NCBI GenBank assembly: GCA_001600695.1
Contig: BCKQ01000001.1
Coordinates: 1,809,066 to 1,873,065 of the forward strand
Source: Ascoidea asiatica JCM 7603
Lineage: Eukaryota; Fungi; Ascomycota
Length of the DNA stretch: 64,000 nucleotides
Reading direction: 5' to 3'
Both the position numbers and the translations under genes were made by a program. This document shows positions 13,767-23,056 of this stretch, piece after piece. The notes beneath the pieces were generated by a model. That model was not told the DNA's origin and did no database searches. It saw only the letters and a program-made list of their open reading frames with translations. The number at the start of each line of letters is the position of its first letter. The first letter of the stretch is position 1.

Positions 13767-13867
13767 GCACGTGATATTAAGTTTTTGTCGCAAAAAATGA
13801 TATTAGAAGCCAAAGTCTGGGACGACACTGTGACATAAAAAAAGTTGCACGAGATTTATGTTAGGGC
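13767..13867. promoter_or_regulatory. RPS30 promoter: Cbf1 site (ATCACGTGC on minus strand, 13767-13775) and Tbf1-like TTAGGGC (13861-13867)
   Basis: Motif matches about 220-320 bp upstream of the RPS30 ATG. Confidence 0.5.
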
Positions 13868-14082
13868 AATGTTTTTTATGACCACGGATGATTTGTAATG
13901 TTGGTGGCAATAGAATAGAGCCCTTGATTACTACTTCAATCAATATACCCAAATTCGAAATTACCCCCAACTGACTTCATCTATCAATATTTATTATTTG
14001 ATATAGAAAAATATACTATTAATATAATTTAAAAAAATTAAAAAGTGAATTTATCATCAAAATCTATAATAAATAATACAAA

Positions 14083-14786
14083 ATGGTATGTCAAATTTAA
14101 CTAATCGTATATCAATTCAAGAGATTTTAATTTAAAAGAGGTTAATCTGATTTTATATTGTATTTCTAATTCCTTCATAATATGTCCAATAAATAAGAAA
14201 GTAATTTCCTGAATTTAGTGATCCAAATTTTCAAAATTTTAAAAAAGAATATCTAATATGTTTCTACATTAATCATTAAATCATTTTAAAGACATTTTTA
14301 GCTTAAAAAGCTTTTGTCAAATGGTGAAAATAATATTACTTTATAACTATTTGTTCCAGTTTAAAATTTTAAATTTTGTTTATGAATATAATATTAAGAT
14401 TCTTTAAAAATCATTATTATTTGTGATTCAAAGTTGTCCAATTAAAGCCTTTTTGAAATAGAAACAACTTAAATTCAATCTTTCAAATCATTTTTATATC
14501 CAAGACTTGTTAAATCAAAAATTTCCAGTTTATTTATTTTAAATTTCATAAAGAGTTAATAACTAACAAACTTTTATTTTTATTATTTACTTATTAATAG
14601 GGTAAAGTTCATGGATCATTAGCTCGTGCCGGTAAAGTTAAATCTGCCACTCCAAAAGTTGACAAAACTCCAAAACCAAAAACTCCAAAAGGAAGAGCAA
14701 AAAAGAGAATGCTTTATAACAAACGTTTCGTTAATGTTGCTTTAACTAGTAAAAGAAAAATGAATCCAGCTCCAACTGCTGCTTAA
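14083..14786 (+). CDS. RPS30: 40S ribosomal protein eS30; join(14083..14085,14601..14786), 62 aa
   Basis: Not in the ORF track. ATG|GTATGT intron; exon 2 reads [61 protein letters not shown]. Confidence 0.97.
14086..14600 (+). other. Spliceosomal intron of RPS30 (515 nt)
   Basis: 5' site GTATGT at 14086, branch AACTAAC 14561-14567, 3' site TAG ending 14600; splicing restores the frame. Confidence 0.92.
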
Positions 14787-16023
14787 TCTTAATCTCTTTA
14801 TTGTTAATTTATCTTATAATAATATCTATATGAAGAAATAAAAATCTGTTATAATTCAAATGTAATTTTTTTAATGTAGAATTCATTTCAATATTTTATA
14901 TCCAATTTGAATTGGTAATTTGTAATCTTTTCCATTTTTTTTTTGTTTTACTAAAACTTGAACTTTACTTATGAACAAAAGTTTACTTTGTAAAATTTTC
15001 CCAAGAAGATTACAAATCAAACACAATATTACAAATTTGTAACTTTTTCAATTCAGTTAATAAATACTTTTAGAAGTGAAGTCCCAATATACAAAATAGA
15101 GTTAGATATTATCGTTTGATAATACTTTCTGTAACTTTTTTCTCAAAGAACCAAGTTACCAGGATCTCCTTCAATGGAATTTTTAGTATCAGTATCTCAT
15201 ATCATCTAATATAAATTGAATGATATTTGTTGATATTAATAGGCAAAGGAACCTAATAATAACTAGAACACAATTATAAACGATATTATAAACTATACTA
15301 TTACAACTAATTTAAAAAAAATTAGGAAAGGATGGATTCAAATGCTCATAATATCAACCAAATAAACATTTATCAAGAATCAATTTAAATATGTCAAAAA
15401 GAGGGAAACATTTGGTTTAAGCGTGAAAACTAATGATTTATGTTATTTTATTGATAATCAAAAGTTATACAATTAAAATAATTTATCAAGAAAGTAAATA
15501 AAGACTTATGTTTTTGTTTGCATTCTTTTCATTTTGCCTTGAATTTCTATAATTTTGGATTGATCAATCTATATCGTGTTTCTGCTTTTTTGATTCTTTA
15601 TCTACTTTAGATTTAATTGTGTTTCATCACTTTTTTATATTTACTTTCTAAAAATTGATAACGATTGATTAAAAAATCAAGTAAAACTAATATTGAATTT
15701 TAATACTTGCTATTTATTGATTGTAAATAAAATTGAAAACCGTTGAAGCTTTCTGAGTAATTTTTGAGAAAATATAGGAATTAATCCCATAACTTGCGTT
15801 CACATTGTGTGGAATCTAGCCGTTACGAGTCGCCTTTAAAGTAACTATCTCCCAACAGTGAAATCGAATTCATTCAAAGAATTCATACATGCGCTATGGG
15901 GGTAAAGTAAAATACCATCAATGAAAAAATATTTTTTCTTCTTGATTAAACTTGAAATAAATATCAAAAAGTTTTTGAAGTGGAAAAAAACCAATTTTTC
16001 TCAAAACTTTATAACAATTTCGA

Positions 16024-16830
16024 ATGGAAAAAGAAACTAACAGCAAAACTACTATCCCAGAAGAAGATGATGATTTATCATTGAATATATTCGAAGAGCC
16101 TGAAGATTTTAGACCACCTTCACCACCACCAAATCATTTTGTAAAATATGATAGAATAGATAATAAAGGTCAAATAAGCTTAAGACTAGTTGGTGCTAGT
16201 CCATTATGGGGTCATTTATTATGGAATGCAGCAATTTTTACATCAAATTTCTTAGATAATCAAAATGATTCAAAAATTAAAAATCTAATCAAAAATAAAA
16301 ATATATTAGAATTAGGAGCTGCAGCAGGACTACCGAGCATTATTGCTGCAAAAAATAATGCCAAAAATGTAGTTATAACAGATTATCCAGATAATAACTT
16401 GATTGAGAATATTCAATTCAATGTAAATACAAATTTTGAAAACAGTAAGAATATTTCAGTTACTGGTTACATTTGGGGTAATGATTCTTCACCATTATTA
16501 GATTTCATAAATAAAGATAATGAAACTAAGAAAGATAAATTTGATTTAATAATATTATCTGATTTAGTGTTCAATCATTCAGAACATCATAAATTGTTGA
16601 AAACTTGTAAAGATAATATAAATAAAGAAGGAAAATGTATTGTTGTATTTTCTCCTCATAGACCATGGCTTCTAGAAAAAGATTTACAATTTTTTGAAAC
16701 TGCTAAAGAATATCAATTTATAGTAGAGAAAATTGATTTAGTGAGTTGGAATCCGATGTTTAAAGATGATAAAGGAAGTGCTGAAGTCAGAGCTAGAGTT
16801 TATTCTTTTTACTTGATTCCTAATTGGTAG
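16024..16830 (+). CDS. EFM7: Protein N-terminal/lysine methyltransferase Efm7 (Nnt1)
   Basis: LVGASPLWGHLLWNAA, SAM motif I ILELGAAAGLPS, VVITDYPD, GYIWG, LSDLVFNHSEH, FSPHRPWL. Confidence 0.93.
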   Translation: MEKETNSKTTIPEEDDDLSLNIFEEPEDFRPPSPPPNHFVKYDRIDNKGQISLRLVGASPLWGHLLWNAAIFTSNFLDNQNDSKIKNLIKNKNILELGAAAGLPSIIAAKNNAKNVVITDYPDNNLIENIQFNVNTNFENSKNISVTGYIWGNDSSPLLDFINKDNETKKDKFDLIILSDLVFNHSEHHKLLKTCKDNINKEGKCIVVFSPHRPWLLEKDLQFFETAKEYQFIVEKIDLVSWNPMFKDDKGSAEVRARVYSFYLIPNW

Positions 16831-16974
16831 TTTTAGTTCAGAGTTACTTTTTCAAATAAATATATATTTACTATTGAATGAATTTTATATATTTAGCTGG
16901 TTAGCTGAAAATAATGCTTATAAAGCTAATTGTTTTTTTTTTTTTTTTCAATTCGTCAGTCAGTACCTATTAGT

Positions 16975-17802
16975 TCATAACTTCGAAGCTCTTTTGAAAT
17001 TTAATAAAACTTTATTATCAATAACCTTTGAATTGAAATGTGCAACTCTTTTTAAACCTTCGTCAACAGTACCTTTATTTTCATAAATAAAATTGATTGA
17101 ATCTTTGGTACCAGAAATAGCTGAATAAGTTGATTTTGAAATATGTTTAGCTAGATTTAAAGCATAATCATAAGCCAAAGATTTATTTTCAAAACAATTT
17201 GATACAAATCCATATTTTAAAGCTTCGTTTGAGTTAAAATTTCTACCAGTTAAAATTAATTCATTTAAAATTGATTGATTATTAAATAATTTAGAAATTC
17301 TTTGTAAAGTTCCAATATCAGCAGGAAATCCAATTTGAATTTCTTTGATTGCAATTACTGAATCATTTGTTGCAATTCTAATGGAAGTTGTAGATAGAAT
17401 ATCTATAGCTAAACCAAAATTTATACCATGAGATATTGCAATTATTGGAATTTTAATATTAACACCAGTTGAAATTGAATTTTGAAAATCAATTATATGA
17501 TCATATATGTTTTTTTGAATACTTTTTTCATCCTTTTCAGATTTAAGAAGTTGACTAAATTCATTATAAGCTTGCTTTAAGTTTATACCTGATGAAAAAT
17601 GTTTACCCTTTCCAGATAAAATAATAACTTTTGTTTTTTTATCATTATCTAAACTAGTTAAAATTTTGGCATACTCAGTCCAAGATTCTGTATCTAGACT
17701 ATTAAAACTTTCTGGATTATTGATTTGAATGTGAATAATAGAAGGAAAAACTTCTTTTACTAAGAAATGTTTATAATTATAAATCTCAGAGTTTTCAGTC
17801 AT
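16975..17802 (-). CDS. Peroxisomal delta3,5-delta2,4-dienoyl-CoA isomerase (ECH1-like crotonase)
   Basis: HFSSGINL oxyanion motif, GLAIDI, KEIQIGFPADIGTLQRI retaining the ECH1-type catalytic Glu/Asp; C-terminal PTS1 SKL. Confidence 0.85.
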   Translation of the reverse strand: MTENSEIYNYKHFLVKEVFPSIIHIQINNPESFNSLDTESWTEYAKILTSLDNDKKTKVIILSGKGKHFSSGINLKQAYNEFSQLLKSEKDEKSIQKNIYDHIIDFQNSISTGVNIKIPIIAISHGINFGLAIDILSTTSIRIATNDSVIAIKEIQIGFPADIGTLQRISKLFNNQSILNELILTGRNFNSNEALKYGFVSNCFENKSLAYDYALNLAKHISKSTYSAISGTKDSINFIYENKGTVDEGLKRVAHFNSKVIDNKVLLNFKRASKL

Positions 17803-19588
17803 TTTTTTAAGTTACTTGGTATTTGCTTAAAACTTTTTCTTATCTACTATCGACTTACTGATTATATTCTGCATAATCGATATAAGTTTCAATCATTTTT
17901 GGAAACTCGCAATATCTTATACGATTATAATATCACTGCCCAAATAATTCAAGTGCTACAAAATAATTATTACAACTTTTGAAGGTTGCACACCCTTTAT
18001 TTGAAAGAGTTAAAATGATGTTAATATGAACATGATAAGTTTTGGTTATCAAAAATTAGGTAATGTGGAGAAGAAAATTTAGACAATTTTAAACGAAAGC
18101 TTTATGAGGCCTGTTTAAAGGTAGCCCTCAAAATTCTAAAAATACATCACGTGCATTGCTTTTAAAATTGTCTCTTATCGGCTAGACACTGAGAAATATC
18201 TGTGAGAATATCTAAATATTTTTATTATCAACTTTCTGATGATAAACCTGAAAGCTTGAAGAGAAAGAATCTTCTTTTTAATAAATGTCGATAGAGACCA
18301 ACAAAGAAAAAAATATGAATTTTTGGAAATCAATTCTTATTGCTCAAAAAATCTTTTTGAGAACTCAGCATTAATAGAATTGCAAATTATAAATAATAAT
18401 AATAATAATTCAATTTGATTTCATTAGCAGGAATATTTTCTAATATTGGTTTTCAAAATCGATATGATTAAAAATATTTTTGATTCATATTTTAGGGTGT
18501 AAAGCTCTATTTTAATAAACATTTTCTTCTTTTTTAATTATCTCTATTGAAAACAAAGCAATCCTTTTAAGCCGGCTCTTCTTTTATTATAAATTGGTGA
18601 AATAGTAGTTTTTGATTCCTTGTTATCATCATTGATACAATTCTATGGTGATTGAAAAACTACAATAGGTACATGCCTCACCTTAACTACTAAAACAACC
18701 AAATATATTTTTTCAGAATTTGAGCCTTTGATCTTATAATTTGTCATACTACAAGAAATGTGCAACCCCTTTGAAATACAAATAATAAGGAAATATTGAG
18801 TTGCACGTGCTAAGAATGTTTTTTATCTGGGCCGATAGCCATTGCAAAATTCATTAATTAAGCTTGTTTTTGGTATTTGCCTCATTGGGTCGACTTGCCA
18901 CTGAAAATAAGTTTTTTTCATTTTTTTCAATTTAATAAGATTCATTTAGCCTTCGGTTTGCATTGTTTAAGTGTTGTATGTATACTTTTCATTTTAATAG
19001 TTGAGTTTTATTTGCATCAAATCTAAAAAAGGCTATGATTTGGTTTACTTTCTAACTCCAAAGAGATATTATCTCTATAGATTGTTTTACTTTCAATTGG
19101 TCCTTATTTGTGGAAAATAAATATGAAGAGACCTTGTGTCTAGTTCATGCACTGCTAGATCCTAATTTCAAATTTTATAACTTTTAATTACAGTTCCAGT
19201 ATGTCTTTAATTTCAAAATGTACTTGAGTTTTATTTTCATATTCAATTCTAAATTTCAAATGACCTTTTCTTTACCAAAATCATGTTTTTTTTTAAAGAA
19301 TTTGCACTATTTTCATATTTAGTTTTATCATTTATCGATTCAAGCTTTGTCTGGCTTCCATTGGTTTCATTATTTTAGCCATGGGTTAATTAAAAATAAA
19401 ATTTTTTTGAATTATCTAATTTGGTGTTCCCTTAATTTTCTCTTTTTCTTTCGAAAATAAAAAGATTAAAACTAAAAATATAATATAAATATTCTATAAC
19501 TTCCTCATAAATTTTCTTAAAAATTTTTATTTTGTTTATTTTTCTTTTTGTGTTATTACTTTAGATTAATCAAAATTAAAACTTACCA

Positions 19589-21682
19589 ATGACAGACAAA
19601 GAAAAGAAAAATAATAATCTTGTTGAACAAACTATGGAGAATCAGGGATCCCCTTTAATAATACCTGATAATATATTAATAATTAATAAAATTGATTTGG
19701 ATAATGTTGTTAATAAACATTTACTTCAGAAAATTGGCAATAATAGTGATGATAAAAAAAATTTAATTAGTTCTTTAAAAAACACTGAGATCAGTAATCA
19801 TAAAGTCAGTTCCAAAGAAATGTCAATAATTAAAAGTTATATTTGTATTTTCTTTATGTTTTTATCTTTTTTTGCTTATCAATTACATGATTCACTTTTA
19901 ACCTTTTTGTTATCTGATTCAAATTCTACATTCAAAACTACATTAAATCTTTCTTCAAATAAGCTATCAATTGTAACAACTGTAACTGGCTTTATCTCAG
20001 TTTTTGCTCCAATTTTGTATAATATTATATTCAATAGTTTTGGTATTTCTTTTTTAATTCTTCAATTACTTATAATTTCAATCATTGATTTTTTTTCTTT
20101 TTTTCTTGAAGATTTTGCAGGTTACTTAATTGTTAAGATTTTTTTGACTTTTGCTTCAGCTGGTTTCACTTCTTGTATAATATTTTACTCCTCTTCCTGG
20201 ATTACAGGCTCTTCTAAACTTACTTCTTCCTCTAAGAATTCATACACAACACAAAATAATACTGTTAAAGAACAAACACCTCAGGAAAAAGACCAAGAGG
20301 ATCAAGAAGATGAAGATGAAAAAGCTATGCATCTAACAGCAAGCAGATTATCTATGGTTTATGTTGGAAATACCTTAAGCGATGCCACCAGTTCGTTAAT
20401 AAATAGAGCAGTTTTAAAAAGGTTTAACAATTCAGCCTGGGAAAGTTGGAGATATTGTTTCTTAATAGTTGCAACTATCTGCTTTTTTGTTGCCTTTGTG
20501 GATATGTTTATTTTACCTAAATCTAATACTAACTCGGTCACTTCTATAAAACTCTTTTATAATTGGTTTAAGAATTTATTTGATGTGAATAAAAGTGAAG
20601 TTCAACAGAATGAATCAGCCTATATTATATCTCAAGCTAAAGTACCTATTAAATCTTTTTTTAAATCTTCTACTGATGGTAAGAAAATTCTTTCGACCTT
20701 ATTATCTTCTACAAATAATCCAAAAGATTCAAACTTTTCACTAAGCGATCTAGAATTTTCTGCAAAAGATTGGACCAATTGGCTACATGCTATAATAACC
20801 TTATCTTGTACAAAGGAAGAACTGGTGCTAAATTCTTTTATAAGCTCTAATAATAATAGTAATTCAACTCTTAGGAATATAGCAATTTCAAAAATTGGGT
20901 TATTTTCTTGTGTGTTAATAGTTCCGATTATGGCATTTTTTTATGATAAATGGAAAGGTTTAAGGGCAGGTGGTGCATTACTTTTACCAACTTTTTTTCA
21001 ATTTTGCTTTTCAATTGTCAATGCTTCAATTTGTACAAGTGGTAATAAATCTTTGAAACTTGGAATGAGTATCTTAAGTACAACTTTTGTTAGAATATCC
21101 ACTATTTTCAATTACTGCCTTTTAACTGAATTTACAATATCTCCAGCAAATTCATCCTTTGGAGTGGCTTTAAGCTCATCTGCAACATCTATTGCGAATA
21201 TTTTTTCTTTATCATCTACAGATTCCACCACTTCAGTTACGAGTACAACAACTGCTAATTATATTCATGCATTTGTTGGTGTTATTATTTTAAATTCAAT
21301 CAGTATTGCATGTACAATTTTTTTATTTGTTAGTTATTGTCGAGAAAATAATGAGACTAAAACTAGTAATACAAGAAACAGATTGAATGACTCTTTAAAG
21401 GAAAATGATCTTTCTACAATAAAATTCTGGAAAGCTTTTTTTGCTGATTTTGTTAAAGAATTTGTTCATATATTCCAAAAAAGTAAAATCCTTAAGGTTA
21501 AAGTAAAAAAGTTAGAAAGTTCTCCGGTATCTGCAAGTTCCCAGATGACAGAAAGCTCTCAAGTAAAGCAAATTATTGTTTGGAGGGAATCTAAAAATTA
21601 TGATGTTTTAAAGCGATTTGATAGTTTGGTTGGAAGTTCTGATTTTAAAATTGTTTCGAATTTGGATGATATATTTGAATAG
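19589..21682 (+). CDS. Highly divergent MFS transporter, probably allantoate-permease/anion:cation symporter family
   Basis: About 12 hydrophobic segments in two bundles; ESWRYCFLI..I.F.V....ILP echoes the family's GWRWLFIIEG...LPD motif; FYSSSW before the TM4-5 loop; YDKWK at TM8-9. Confidence 0.6.
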   Translation: MTDKEKKNNNLVEQTMENQGSPLIIPDNILIINKIDLDNVVNKHLLQKIGNNSDDKKNLISSLKNTEISNHKVSSKEMSIIKSYICIFFMFLSFFAYQLHDSLLTFLLSDSNSTFKTTLNLSSNKLSIVTTVTGFISVFAPILYNIIFNSFGISFLILQLLIISIIDFFSFFLEDFAGYLIVKIFLTFASAGFTSCIIFYSSSWITGSSKLTSSSKNSYTTQNNTVKEQTPQEKDQEDQEDEDEKAMHLTASRLSMVYVGNTLSDATSSLINRAVLKRFNNSAWESWRYCFLIVATICFFVAFVDMFILPKSNTNSVTSIKLFYNWFKNLFDVNKSEVQQNESAYIISQAKVPIKSFFKSSTDGKKILSTLLSSTNNPKDSNFSLSDLEFSAKDWTNWLHAIITLSCTKEELVLNSFISSNNNSNSTLRNIAISKIGLFSCVLIVPIMAFFYDKWKGLRAGGALLLPTFFQFCFSIVNASICTSGNKSLKLGMSILSTTFVRISTIFNYCLLTEFTISPANSSFGVALSSSATSIANIFSLSSTDSTTSVTSTTTANYIHAFVGVIILNSISIACTIFLFVSYCRENNETKTSNTRNRLNDSLKENDLSTIKFWKAFFADFVKEFVHIFQKSKILKVKVKKLESSPVSASSQMTESSQVKQIIVWRESKNYDVLKRFDSLVGSSDFKIVSNLDDIFE

Positions 21683-22200
21683 ATTGAATAATGATTTTCT
21701 CTAATATTAATTAATTTAAGTTAGTGATTTTGTATCCAAATTCTTCTTCGGTTTTTTTTTTTTTTACTATAACTGCAAACTTTGCAGATTTCATTCACAT
21801 TTTTTTTTTTTAATTTTTTTGTTAATTGAAATTGACTCTAGCTAGTCAATTTTCTTTCTTCTTAATAATAAATATTATTCTAATCAATAAAAACCAATAA
21901 ATAAATATGTTAAAGAATTAATGTATCAATCAATCATTAAATAATAATAAAATGGGTAAATATTGTAGATTATTAATAAAAAACTTACGGAAACTCGGAA
22001 ACCAGTTTAATGGATCAGTATAAATACATATTGAAAGAAATTCCGGCGGGAAAAGAAGCAAAACTAGGAATATGAAATCAATGTTTATCTCGGAGACTCT
22101 TTACTTGAATAATAACTTTCAATACCTACTACATTTTTAAATTGAAAGTAACTTTTTATTCAGAATTTACTTTTCAAAGTTTGATGCAATAAATTCTATA

Positions 22201-23056
22201 ATGAAATCAGGCATGTATTTTCTTTCAACAATAGTTTCCAAAGACTGGAAAAATTCTCAAAGCTTTATCAATTTTGACTAACAAACATAAATCAATCATA
22301 AAATTAGACAATTCTGGCAATTCAATTTTTGAAAACATTATTTGTAAACAAAATACTAAAACCCAGAATCTTCAAAAAAATTTAAAAGCTTTCAATAAGA
22401 ATAGATATATATCTCAGTCTAAAATCAATTTAAACAATTCAATTTCAAAAACTTCTTATAAAATCAACAAACAGTTTGCAAACAATTCTAAAACTTCTAA
22501 AAATAATCGACCTCAATGCATTAAAACAGGTTCTTACCTTGGAAGGGGAACTAGATTTAAAAAAGTTAATCACAATAAATCATCTGGTTATAGATTTGAT
22601 AAGAATATCAAACTATTTCAGTTACCAATTTTCAAACCTGAAAAAAAACAAGAATACGAGAAATTAAGAAAACAATTATCAAAAACTTTAGTACCGTTAG
22701 CAAAAAAAAATTCATTTGAGTATACAAACTATTTGGCTTTAGAATTGATTTATTATTTGGCAAAAGAATTATCAATTGATAATCTTAGGAAAATCATCTC
22801 AACCTTAGAAGTAATTTGTAAAAATAAGAAACATCAGATAAAACACAATAATTTATCAACTAATAATGCTTCCTTTGGTCATTATGGAAAACGACGACCT
22901 AAAGGAAAACTTAACTTTGAAGGTGGAATTAAAAGAAATAAAAATTTAATTCAGAATGATCTTTATGATCACGCTATAAATTCAATAATGGAAGAAGATA
23001 TGAAAGCTAAAGAAGATGAATTCACAGATGATTTCAACCAAATGAGTATATCTTAA
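22201..23056 (+). CDS. Atypical eIF3j/Hcr1-like protein; join(22201..22210,22308..23056), 252 aa
   Basis: C-terminal half PIFKPEKKQEYEKLRKQLSKTLVPLAKKNSFEYTNYLALELIYYLAKELSIDNLRKIISTLEVICKNK...GKRRPKGKLNFEGGIKR...EDEFTDDF aligns by eye with the yeast Hcr1 C-terminal domain. The ORF-track start (TTG 22274) lies inside the intron. Confidence 0.75.
22211..22307 (+). other. GC-AG spliceosomal intron (97 nt)
   Basis: ATGAAATCAG|GCATGT ... GACTAAC (22276-22282) ... TAG|AC; splicing gives in-frame M-K-S-D-N-S-G. Confidence 0.78.

Noticed and set aside
22045-22054. GGCGGGAAAA, an E2F-like site upstream of the eIF3j-like gene
   Set aside because: Budding yeasts lack E2F; single occurrence and not a proper URS1.
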